From Octopus bimaculoides (lineage: Eukaryota), in contig NC_068990.1 in assembly GCF_001194135.2 (NCBI RefSeq), positions 89,099,925 through 89,163,924 on the forward strand: a DNA stretch of 64,000 nucleotides, written 5' to 3'. The notes beneath the pieces were generated by a model. It searched no databases. It saw only the letters and a program-made list of their open reading frames with translations, and was not told the DNA's origin. Shown in pieces: positions 24,621 through 35,318 of this stretch (position 1 is the stretch's first letter; each line of letters begins with the position of its first letter). Position numbers and translations under genes: made by a program.

Positions 24621-25823
24621 CATTTTTTCTACTATAGGCACAAGGCCTGAAATTAGGTGGGAGGGGACTAGTCGATTGCACTAACCCCCAGTGCTTCACT
24701 GGTATTTAATTTATCAATCTCAAAAGGACGAAAGGCAAAGTCAACCTCAGCAGAATTTGAACTCAGAACGTAGTGACGGGCAAAATAATAATAATAGTTT
24801 CAAACTTTGGCACAAGGCCAGCAATTTTGGAGTCAGGGTAAGCTGATTACATCAACCTCAGTATTCAACTGGTACTCATAAAAGGATGAGAGGCAAAGCC
24901 GACCTCAGCAGAATTCAAAATCAGAATATAAAGATGGACAAGATGTTGCTACGCATTTTGCCCAGCAAACTAATGATTCAACCAGGTGGCCACCTTAATA
25001 ATAACAATAATAACAGCAACAACAACAAAAAAGAATAAGAACAACAATAATAATAATATTTCTAACATAAAATAATTATTTCTGAAATAATTGTTTTTAA
25101 CAATAATAGTAATAATATACCTGTAATTTTGTATTTATCAAACAAGAACTCAATCTGTTTGGTAGAATATGTCTGGCTGTGATAACAGGTAATGCAGATA
25201 TTTGAGTGGACAGCTGACATGATATAGATTTCTGCAGAAAAAAATAAACATGATAATTAGATTTATTTCAAATACAGGATCAATATCAATGGTTAGATTG
25301 TGAGTTAGACCTAGGGTTAAACAGCAACAATAACTATAGATATCTACAGAGAAAAAGAAAACTTAGAAATTTTTTTGGTTTTATGATTTCAAAATTTATT
25401 TGACTCTTCTCAAAATTGTTCCAGGCAAAGTCTAAATGCTATCTATAAGCAATGTTTCTACAGCTGGATGCCCTTCCTAACACCAACCACTCCAAGAGTA
25501 TAGTGGGTGCTTTTTACATGCCACCAGCATGGGAGCCAGTCAGGCGGCACTGGCAATGACCACACTCAAATGGTGCTTTTTACGTGTCACCAGCACTGGC
25601 ATCTACCACGCTCGAATGGTGCTTTTTACTTTTATCAGCCACAATGACGACTTCACTTGCCTCAACAGGTCTTTGCAAGCGCAGCATATCTCCAAAGGTC
25701 TTAGTCACTTGTCATCACCTCGGTGAGGCCCAACGTTCAAAGGTCATGCTTCAACACCTCACCCCAGGTCTTCCTAGGTCTACCTCTTCCACAGGTTCCC
25801 TCTACTGCTAGGGTGTGATACTT

Positions 25824-25913
<90 letters not shown>

Positions 25914-25940
25914 TATATATATATACACATATATATATAT

Positions 25941-25973
<33 letters not shown>

Positions 25974-27790
25974 ATCGTCAGCTAAATCCACTTACAAGGC
26001 TTTGGTTACTTGGCCTAGGGTCATAATAGAAGACACTGAACCCAAGACCACATGGTTGGGAAGCAAATTTCTTAACCACAGTCATGCCTGCATATATGCC
26101 TTTAAAAGATGAGGCAATAAAAGATATTACAGTTCCAATAAACCCTGTCAACATTTTCCTTCAGGTATCCTTTTTCTTTGCCAAATCATGAAATGAGGAG
26201 GAGGCTAAATGCAGATTTCTTATTCGAATAAAAAAGCTCAGGATTTACAATGATGGGAAAGTAAGACTAGGTGATGTTCAAGCTTTTCTAAGAAACCTTT
26301 CCAACTCAGATGTAAACGGAAAATAGAGACCAATGAATGAACGGAGGAACCGTTATGTCAAGTATGAGCAACTGTAACACTGATTATATTAGGCCCTTCA
26401 TGACAAGTGTAGTAACCGTGATTATATAAACATTGCAAGAGCTGGCATAGTAATGCACCAGCCTCAACATTCAATCTTCTGAAGAGGTTGGTATAAAAAA
26501 GGCCAAACTTGCTATGCCTATCCTTACCTATGGCCATAAATGTTAGGTAACGACTAAGAGTCCAATTGCAAATATAAGCAGGGTCCGTAGCTCAGAGACG
26601 AGGGAGTCTTTCCAGGTTGATTCCCTATTCCTCTGCATTGAGAGACCATAGCTCTGGTATGTGGTTAGAATGTTGCAGAAAAGGGTCAAAGGACAGATTC
26701 CTCAAGCTGAGCCAATTGGCAGGAGACCTAGGAGTAGACCAAGTATGAGATGGTTGGATAATATCCACAGTCTCAGTTGGTCAGCTTGGGAATCCAACAA
26801 GAAAGTGTCATGGCTGTTGCTTCTGATAGGACCCTCAGGAGAAGTGACTTAGAACTCTCCCAGAAATAGTGAGCGGCATATTTGCTCGGTGACACACAAC
26901 ACTACATTAACATTTTGATCAACCTTTAGGTTCGATTCTGTTAATCTGAACAATTTCGATCGATCTCTCTCGTTTACTCACACTCTCTGCCGATCAATCT
27001 TTTTATTAGCTGCTAACTTTAACTTATGGTGTTGTCTCTACTACATACGTTTTCAGACCTGTTACAAAAGCCGATCATACTCGTTATATGCTGTTGCTCT
27101 TCTTTCATATTTCCCTCAAATTACACCGTACCATCTTAAAATGAAGAACATCTTCGATAATGAACGAAGTCCAAGATATGTCCATGTAGCCAACTTGGCT
27201 CTTTGGAAGCTAGCTTGACCGCTACAACTATGAATTACGAAAGCAAGTCTTCGAATTTGGAGAGAGATAGGACACTCACACGTTTCTCAAGGTCATTAGT
27301 AACTTTAGACAATAAAAATTGGTTGCAACTAGGAATTGAAACCAGTACACATCTTAAATAGAGTCAATATCGCTGTGTGGAGGAAATAAGAAGAAAAAAA
27401 CTACTTTTCTGAGCTCTTGTCCTTCGTCAGAGAGAGAAAGTGATGTTTTTGCCTTGGACGTGGGATAACAATACTACTTCCTCTTCCATACTCTTTGACA
27501 AAGAACCTAAAACGTTACATTTTTCATTCCTCGGGGCAAATGGACTTATCGAACTCTCCCATAGACTAAATTACAGCTGGTCAGGCTAAACCAGTCTCTT
27601 TCGATACTGTATTCACTTAGCGTTATGTAAGTAGTTATAAACCATATAACTAAAATAATAATAATAATATAAATGAAAGCTGAGTAATTAAAATGTAATA
27701 ACAAACACATACGTTACTGACAACTTCTGTTAAGGTGTGGAGGTGAGCAAGCCTGCGAGTGAGCGGAGGAAGCAAGCGGTAACAAGCCAT
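13737..27790 (-). CDS. UQCC1: Ubiquinol-cytochrome c reductase complex assembly factor 1 (CBP3 family), 10 exons, about 322 aa
   Basis: Exons 27713-27790, 25121-25231, 24071-24166, 23856-23957, 22719-22791, 21713-21770, 19163-19277, 17620-17691, 16182-16295 and 13737-13886 are all GT-AG and phase-compatible (969 nt with stop). Motifs [38 protein letters not shown] and [10 protein letters not shown] match UQCC1. The N-terminus is Arg/Leu/Ser-rich and presequence-like. Confidence 0.93.
14045..14795. mobile_element. pogo/Tigger-type MITE interrupted by a SINE
   Basis: TA-flanked imperfect TIRs CAAATAATACTTCACTTTACGAG and CTCGTATATCAAGGCATTACTG. SINE A at ~14360-14560. Confidence 0.45.
16182..16295 (-). 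CDS. UQCC1: UQCC1 exon 9 ([18 protein letters not shown]...QYVRKQ)
   Basis: Strong match to the UQCC1 segment GxxSDDxxLAAALWRxxF...LxxxVxYVRKQ. Confidence 0.95.
16885..17070. repeat. Degenerate ~40-bp tandem repeat (CAGCCACACAACTGTGGATCA.CATAG-like)
   Basis: CAGC..CTGTGGAT..CATAG recurs at ~40-nt spacing. Confidence 0.5.
17620..17691 (-). CDS. UQCC1: UQCC1 exon 8 ([24 protein letters not shown])
   Basis: ttttcAG acceptor, GAG|GTGAGA donor. Contains the FxAAxxxYDE motif. Confidence 0.92.
19163..19277 (-). CDS. UQCC1: UQCC1 exon 7 (LILVRLSQ...[15 protein letters not shown])
   Basis: ttctgtAG acceptor, GTAAGA donor, phase 2-0. Confidence 0.92.
19544..19969 (+). mobile_element. 5'-truncated R4/Dong-like non-LTR retrotransposon (restriction-like endonuclease domain plus 3' UTR)
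   Basis: [12 protein letters not shown]...FLIDV / [17 protein letters not shown]...IPIIVGALG...[16 protein letters not shown], with one frameshift. Flanked by (TAA)n on both sides. Confidence 0.8.
21713..21770 (-). CDS. UQCC1: UQCC1 exon 6 ([20 protein letters not shown])
   Basis: Matches the CBP3 motif DTFxSWFLxxxLHVW. Phase 1-2, GTAAGG donor. Confidence 0.93.
22719..22791 (-). CDS. UQCC1: UQCC1 exon 5 ([24 protein letters not shown])
   Basis: ttttcAG acceptor, G|GTAAGT donor, phase 0-1. Confidence 0.9.
23856..23957 (-). CDS. UQCC1: UQCC1 exon 4 (QDSVSQERR...[12 protein letters not shown])
   Basis: ttttcAG acceptor, GTAAGT donor. Resembles the KIIEAMGFTGPLKYSKW region of UQCC1. Confidence 0.88.
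24071..24166 (-). CDS. UQCC1: UQCC1 candidate exon 3 ([10 protein letters not shown]...KGLNKFY), symmetric 96 nt
   Basis: tttccAG acceptor, TAT|GTATGC donor, open in phase 0-0. There is no conserved motif to anchor it. Confidence 0.55.
25121..25231 (-). CDS. UQCC1: UQCC1 exon 2 ([10 protein letters not shown]...CLINTKLQ)
   Basis: tttttttctgcAG acceptor, CAG|GTATAT donor, 111 nt, open in phase 0. Confidence 0.75.
25455..25815. mobile_element. SINE family B / RTE 3'-end composite
   Basis: TTTCTACAGCTGGATGCCCTTCCTAA.GCCAACCACT core joined to the RTE tail [19 protein letters not shown] (minus strand). Related copies at ~6610-6875, 20285-20480, 28500-28770, 31970-32080, 37170-37400 and 56790-57215. 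Confidence 0.65.
25825..25973. repeat. (TA)n/(CA)n microsatellite (others at ~22830, 27925, 30788, 49140-49430, 53740-53843, 54436-54478, 55055-55105)
   Basis: Direct sequence. Confidence 0.95.
26450..26870 (+). mobile_element. RTE-clade LINE 3' fragment
   Basis: PILTYGH followed by VVRM...[20 protein letters not shown]...SW motifs. Confidence 0.65.
27713..27790 (-). CDS. UQCC1: UQCC1 exon 1 ([26 protein letters not shown]), mitochondrial presequence-like
   Basis: ATG at 27790, donor AAC|GTATGT, phase 0. Confidence 0.75.
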
Positions 27791-27918
27791 GGAATTGCCA
27801 ACTTCAACCGTTTGACCTCAAAACAAGCACATGTGTTGGTCGCTTGGGTACATTACAATAAATAACATTGCGAAGGCCCCTTCTAACATTGTGCAAGTGC
27901 GGAAATGCGTGCTTTACC

Positions 27919-27983
<65 letters not shown>

Positions 27984-29599
27984 TATAGTCTCTATATTTC
28001 TGTGTACACATCTGTGTGTACTGATATATTGTTGTTTTTGTATGTGTGTGTGCTAATGCAGCAGTGTTTGAATAAGGGATGATGTGTTTGTATTCCTTCT
28101 TAGCTGAAGAAATGTAATGAATCTTAAAAAGAAATAGAAAAATAATTCAAAGATATTAAACATTTAAATAATATCTTATATTTATTGAAAAAGAATACAA
28201 GTTACAAGAATAAACTGAAAATGGTTAAAGTGAAAAAGAAATCAGTATAAAAACAAACAAAATATAAAGGGATGCATACTCTTCAAATATAAAAATCCTA
28301 CATCATACTAGGAGACGTTTTTGTTTCTCTCTAAAGATGTTTGAATTTCACAAAATTAATTTACAGTTTTAGAGGACAGAAGTATGTAAATAAATTTTGT
28401 GAATTTAATTCTTAATTTCTTAAAATCATCTCCCTTTCTCTTTGAGAATTGTTAACTGTTACTGCTAGGATTTTGTTCTCTATCTGCAGCTTACCAGTTT
28501 TCAATAAAACCGTCCAACCCATGTCAGGATGGAAAGCGGACGTTAAATGATGATGATTATGATGAACACTGCCACGTAAACGCTCCCACGCTGGTGCTGC
28601 GTAAAAGCACCTAGTACACTCTGTAAAGTGGTTGGCGTTAGGAAGGGCATCCAGCTGTAGAAACTATGCCAAAACAGACATGGAGCTTGGGCAGCTCTTC
28701 AGCTGGTCAGCTCCTGTCAAACCGTCCTACCCATGCCAGGATAGAAAACGGACGTTAAATGATGATGATGGTGCTATTTGATAAGTCATTAAGTGTTGAA
28801 TTTGAAATAAATTAAAAATTCATTTTTGTGTTTGTAAAATTTTGTGATATTAAAAATAAAATCTCTTTTTCAAGGCAGCACGTTTTGAGACTTTTCTTGA
28901 CTCTCCTGTTGTCCCCTGACAAGACATTGAGATACAGGTGCTGTGAAATAATGAAGTAAAAAATAATTTTCTTTTAAGACCAGATCCCCCACAACTATAT
29001 TAAAAAAAAAAATTTAACGCAGTAGTAGTATAAATAAAGTATTTGCTTCTCACTAGAACAATATTTCGATTTCGTAGTGTTCCCAAATTTAAAATATATA
29101 ATCAACCTTTTCAATGCTATAATTGCATTTCATCTTTTCGGAGGTCGATAAAATAAAGTACCAGTCAAGTACCAAGGTCGATGTAATATCGATTAACACC
29201 TCCCACTAAAATTACTTGTATTAAAAATTTGAAACCATTATTGTTGTTGCTATGTGTTTTTTCTTGTCTTTTGTTTTACTCTGAGCCTGCTTCGCGGAGT
29301 TCTGATTGAACAGGGCCATAACAAATCGTGCGAAAAAAAAACAAAAACAAAACAAAAAGTAACAAATAAAACACGGTGGTGTCCTTTCTCTTTAGTGGCG
29401 AGCACTTGTGCTTAATGATTAATCAGAGCATGCCCACTGGGGAAGGAAGGGACACAATGGATAAATATAGTCTGAGACATATTCTTAAAAAGACGGGATG
29501 GCCATAATTGGAATGCTTTTTATCATACATCTCCTCAATCAAATTCGATAGTTTTAATAGCAACTTTAAGTATTAATAAAATTACTTGGAATAGTTTTT

Positions 29600-29670
29600 C
29601 ATAGTTGACAATTATTTGTTCGGATCCGTCTTAATCCCAGAATTCCACCAACTTCCTGTTTATAGGTAAA
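29600..29670 (+). promoter_or_regulatory. Putative non-coding first exon and start region of the ZNF800-like gene
   Basis: ETS-like ACTTCCTGT at 29651, then donor TAG|GTAAAT at 29666. The partner acceptor tttctccAG ends at 32745. Inferred. Confidence 0.4.
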
Positions 29671-30785
29671 TTGTTAAAAAAAAAAAAGAATTTTCTCTAT
29701 TTATTTCCAGTAAGGTGTCCTTATGTGTTTCATGTCGTTTAAAAGATGGTTTGTATTTGTATGTTTCTTTTTAGCTAAACAGACTCTATTCTTCTATCCT
29801 TGATGTTCCCATCTGTTGGTAGGAATTGTGTGTGTTTGCTGACGCTGCATCTAATGTTTGCAACGGTTGCTGTGGTGTATATAAAGCTATAATATGTAAC
29901 AATATACTTCCCTTTGTGAACAAATGTCAACTTTTCTTGTTCTTTTAGACAATAATCACAGCGATTAGTACTAAACAAAAATCTACAGAAGAAATCTATA
30001 ATCACATTAATGATAACAGTCTATATTTTAAGAAAAGTTAAACTGATCAAAGTCTTTTGCTATAAAGGAAACGATTTCTTTGTATAGCCAGTGCTTGTTC
30101 AAAAGTTACAACAGCCTAGTTACTATGTGTTTCCCATCAAAACATCAAGAATTTGAATCAGATTTTATAAAAAGGATAAAATTGATGTTATTGTAATTAT
30201 TTTACGGTTAATTATTTTTTTAATTTACATATTTTTTTCTTTTGTCTGCAACAACGAGGTCTTTCATACTTGTTTCCTTTGTCTCCTGGATATTGTTTCT
30301 TGTACCCTTCAGTGAATTAAACGAGCAACATCAATTGATTTTAATTATGAGACTTGCATATGAAAAGATTATTTCCGATCTCGAAGTAAACAGGATATAT
30401 ATATATAATGAGGAAATTAACTGAAACTCGGAGTACAGACAGTGAAACCCAAACTTCTATTCAACTAATATATAGAATGAGAATAGGAGTTATCTATCTC
30501 TCTCTCTCTCTATATATATATATATAATATATTTATGTGAGAGAGCAAACACCTTGGCGCCCAAGTTAATGAGTTCAAAACTCGGCGACTTACATGAACA
30601 CGTTTTCGTATTTAACTTTATTAAAAATGTAAACATGTATTCACCGTTCAGTTCCAAGTTTATTATTGAAACAATTATTGTTTCAAATTTTGGCACAAGG
30701 CCAGCAATTTTAGACGTAACAAAGTTGACCACGGCGGGATTTGAGCTCATACTGCAAAGAATCGGAAGAAATGCTAAGTGTGTGC

Positions 30786-30819
<34 letters not shown>

Positions 30820-30825
<6 letters not shown>

Positions 30826-31125
30826 TTTTACTTGTTTCAGTCATTTGACTGCTGCCATGCTGGAGCACCGCCTTTTGTCGAATAAATCGACCCCAGGACT
30901 TATTCTTTGTAAGCCTAGTACTTATTCTGTCGGACCCTTTTGCCGAACCTCTATATTACGAGGGACGTAAACACACCAACATCGGTTGTCAAACGATGTG
31001 GGGATAAGTACAGACATATATGCATATATATACGACGGGCTTCTTTCAGTTTCCATCTACCAAATCTATTCACTAGGCTTTGGTCAGCCCAAGGCTATAG
31101 TAAAAGACACTTGCTCAAGGTGCCA
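30820..31125 (-). mobile_element. tRNA-derived SINE family C
   Basis: GACGGGCTTCTTTCAGTTTCC.TCTACCAAAT...AGACACTTGC.CAAGGTGCCAC. Related copies at ~1105-1260, 36290-36460, 42353-42571, 54700-54860 and 61960-62290. Confidence 0.65.
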
Positions 31126-31757
31126 CATATATATATATATATATATGTGCGCGTGCACTGGAGCTTGTGATTTTTAGTGTGCTCCCCCTACTTTCTTGCT
31201 CAGATTCCGCCTGCTTGGGTGACTTCACTTTCCACTCTTCCACATTTAATAAAGTTCTAGTAATGTACTTAGTCGATTCAACTAGTTTAAGCCTTTCTCT
31301 ATAAATTTTTGGTATACACTAATGCTGAGGAACGATTACTATCACTGAATCAGTGATCAGGTAGTATTAAGCTTTGGTCCTGGCTCTGAGTTCAAATTTC
31401 ATTGTGGCCAACTTTCATAAAATAAGTTAAATAGAAAGGCTGAGGTTCATTAAGTCAATTCCCTGACTTTTCCAAGCATTTCTGGTTTAGCTTGTGTCAC
31501 AATATTAAAAATTTTGTTTGTTAATTCACTCCAAACTATTTTAATTATTTTGGAAATGAGAATTGTAAGATAAAACAAAATTAAAAGGAAAAGTTTCCAT
31601 TTTCAAAATGAAGACTATATTATTGTTTAGCTCTGAGTCATCCCTGGCCATACAGAGGCTTTGTGAAAGGCATTTCAACCATGACTGTCTTATGATTGAC
31701 CGTTGACTGAACACTATTCAATTTTTTTTCTCCGTGTTTTTCTCCTTGTCTCCGTAT

Positions 31758-31794
31758 TCTTTCTGTTGAAGAGCGTAGCTCGAAACGTCAAAGA
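31758..31794 (+). ncRNA. Hammerhead-like motif of a second family (GUC triplet, variant CUGUUGA core)
   Basis: TCTTT-CTGTTGA-A-GAGC(GTA)GCTC-GAAA-CGTC-AAAGA, inside a ~31705-31900 repeat that ends in (TA)n. Confidence 0.6.
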
Positions 31795-31885
31795 CTTTCC
31801 GTATTCCCGAGCGTCATACTAATATATACTTTTGTTATTTACACCACCTGTCCTCGTCTGTTGTTATTTTTTGTATATTCTCCCT

Positions 31886-31916
<31 letters not shown>

Positions 31917-32813
31917 GAGGAGCAGTGTAGTTTGCTTGAAGCATTGTACTACAGAAGTAGAATCATTATCATCGTCGTTTAACGTCCGCTTTCCATGCTG
32001 GCATGGGTTGGGCGGTTTGACTGAGGATTGGTGATCCTAAAGCTGCACCAGGCTCAATCTGATCTGGCAAAGTTTTTACAGCTTAGAGCTATAACTTCTC
32101 TAAAACTTATGCCCAATTGTGGGTTCTATTAGCATCCATGTCTTCCTCCTCCATTTCATTTTTTGTCTGTGTGTCCATGAAGCTTTGACTCTGAAGTCAT
32201 TAGCAACTAACCTATGGTGGCTAATGGATTCTTCACTAGAAAAGATTTTATATTTACAATGGCCCATCTATTTTTTTTCCTGATAAGGATGAAATCTGAC
32301 TTAAGTATTCGTCAGATTGGTAGGTGATGAGGTGTTTGGCTGGTTTCTTGAAGTGTGTGTTGCAAATTGTTTAAATCACTTGTACCACAGAATTCTGGCA
32401 GCCTACAAACTCATTTCTTGTTCAATAACCATAGCCTCCATTTATGTCATAAAAGTCATTATGGTGTTGACCAGAATGTCTGTTGAAGTCACCAGCCATA
32501 ATAAAAAGTTACTGTCAGTCATCATTGAGATAGTCCTTCTGTTCTGCCAATCCTGGCTGTGAGGCAAATGCATTAATGAATGTTACTTGTTGAGTTGTTT
32601 ATAACCAGACTCCTCTTATCCTATCACACATTCTGACTACCTCAATTACTTTATTCATTTCTTAGTTAATAATATGCCAATCTCACCCTAATTTTGTTTT
32701 ACACATTTTTCCTTATATTTTTGATGTTTCTTTATATTTCTCCAGGTTTATGATGAAAACAGACAATAAATTGTGAAGAATTTGTAAAGTTTTGACAAAC
32801 TATTCGGTACATA

Positions 32814-33156
32814 ATGGGTACCAAAATACTTGATCAGATATTAACAATGATGCTTCATGGCTCACCAGAGGAAAAACATTTCATTTATAATGATTCTGAC
32901 ATTATTTTAGAATGTAAACTTTGCCGTAACTTATTCCGTGCCCTTACTGGTTTTATCTTACATCGGAAGAGTCTGTGCATGAAACCACTTGAAAAGTCAG
33001 TTAGTATCAATTCCTATGACCAAAATATGAGAACAGAAACCTTCAGAAACGTTACATTTATCACAAATTCTTCATCCTGTGAAGAGGACTCAGCACAAAC
33101 CCCACCACAACAACCAAAAACTACATCATCCAGCAATAATAATAATAATAATAATA

Positions 33157-33193
<37 letters not shown>

Positions 33194-35318
33194 TAATAAT
33201 GATAATAATGATAACCAGCAGCAGCAGCAGCAGCAGAATTTATCTGCTGCAGACCATTTCCAGTATCTTCAGAATTATGTTAGTCAGATTAATGAATCAA
33301 TAGAAAGCAAGAGTAACTTGAAAGCCGTATTAAACCTTACTCAGGAAGGTATTGGGAATTCTTCGGATGTTACACAAAAATCAGCTGAAGAATCTAAAAC
33401 AGACTCTAACTCTACAGAGAGAATCGTGCTAACAGAAGCATCTAGTCCACAGGTTTGTAGTGTTCTTTTATTGTGTGTGTGTGTGTGTGCATTTGTTATT
33501 GTTGTTTGGTTAAACAAATGAGAGAGAAATCTCCCCGAAAAGACTGTCATGACTAACATTCCCAAATCTATGTGAACTGAAACAGTACAGAATTAAATGT
33601 CTTTTGAAGCAACAAGATGCTTGCCAGGTGTTCAGCTCAAGCCCTCTAAGCTTGATGTTCAATGCCACTGTTGACTGTCAATCCATATTTACCATATTTG
33701 ATTTGTCGTATGTGTATCACCATAATTCTGGAATTATCACATGTATATATGACACTGTTATTCTGGAATTACGTTGTATGTCACTAGTTTCTGTATTGAT
33801 GACTTGTTTATGACAATTTTGTGTTAGCATATCATTATTTTCAGAACTTATGACATGTTGTATGTCACTATATTTTTTTACTTACATGTTGTATGCCCTG
33901 CATCTATTGCGTACCACGTCTCCTTATTGTCCACTATATATTTACATGTTGCACGTCACCATACTTTGTTACTTACAACATATATGTCACTGTAATTTTA
34001 TGCTTTAATATGTAAACCACTACAGTTTTATACTTATGAATTGTATGCTATTATCACTTTATTCTTACAATATATGTGCAATTATTATTTTATATTTATG
34101 TATGCAACTATAATGTGTTTGATTATGATGCATGGCTTGTTGTTGAACATGTTTGAATTTATTCTAATTAAGAATTACTGTTCGTTCCAGGTTTCTACTG
34201 CTGTTTCCAGTTTAAAAGATTCTGCCCCCAAATCTACTGACCCTCCATCACATTGTTGTGCTCTTGGTAAACCCACCAATGTACAACAAACCAACTGCTT
34301 TACTGTTGCCTCTGAAACAGCAGGGGAACTGTGTAATTCCAGAAATAGCAGCCCTTGTTCAATGCCACAGCTAAAATTACCATGTACCAAAGCAGGTTGT
34401 GTGGAGAACAATGACAACAATAAAAGCAGTGATGAAAGTGAGTCTTTAGAAAGCAGCAACACTGTTTGCACAGCACCTCATAATGAAAAATTCTCAAAAC
34501 GTTCGACAAAACCTCTAATCGTACAAAGCAATACTCATGCAAGTTCCAGTTGTGTAGCAAACAAACAAGGTGAAGCTGTTGAAGCATCAGAGAAATCAAG
34601 TTCAAAATCTTCACACATTGAAATAATTCTGAATGATAATCCTTCGATGAAAGATGTTATTGAAATTAATGAAGTGGATAATTTAGAAGAGAGAGTGTCT
34701 CAGTCTTTGTCCTTGGATAATTTATGTTGTGTCCCTCTAGACCAAAGTGGCCCTGTGGACCAGTGTTGTGCTGCTAATCAGAAGAAACAAGCACCCCAAC
34801 ATTATATTTGTCCACACTGTCCTAATACTCTCATCTACGACTCGTACCCACTTTTCTGCCAGCATCTTGAGTCAGTACACGGAATACATGCTGACCCCAT
34901 TGACAATTTAGGCCAGCCGTTTGAGTTGAATAATCAAAGTTCCATGTCATATATACCTGAGCGTGCTAATCAGAAATATTCTGAATGTATTGTCCTAGAA
35001 TTAGCTGATTATCAGAATCTCCAGTGTCGGAAATGCAAACACAGCTTTACTCAGCGCTGTTCACTTCGGAGACACATTTTGGAAATCCATGGTGAAAAAT
35101 TGGGTTATTATTCATGTCCCTTCTGCGTTAGCAAAGTCTGGTTTCGCTATTTTCGAACGTTTTTAGCTCATTTAAAAAACCTACACGGCTTCCAAAAGGA
35201 CCAAATATATCGCATCCATCGCAATTTGCAGAAAAACAGTTGGGTAGAATTTGGTAGTGACCAGCTGCCTCCTGATGGAAATAACACAACTTCGCAGCTC
35301 TGTAATCGTGTTTCATAG
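32814..35318 (+). CDS. ZNF800-like C2H2 zinc-finger protein, two coding exons (32814-33452, 34191-35318), about 588 aa
   Basis: The N-terminal segment SDIILECKLCRNLFRALTGFILHRKSLC resembles the ZNF800 N-terminal finger region. Further fingers: CPHC..HLESVH, CRKC..HILEIH, CPFC..HLKNLH. Donor CAG|GTTTGT at 33453 and acceptor ttccAG at 34190, phase 0. Orthology is not proven. Confidence 0.85.
33740..34100. repeat. Degenerate ~30-bp minisatellite (TTACATGTTGTATGTCACTAT-like) in the ZNF800-like intron
   Basis: TATGTCACT/ACATGTTG motifs recur. Confidence 0.55.

Noticed and set aside
34041-34190. N-terminal 50 aa of the 425-aa ORF as a hydrophobic or signal segment
   Set aside because: It lies in the intron (minisatellite) upstream of the acceptor at 34190. 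The true reading continues from exon 32814-33452.
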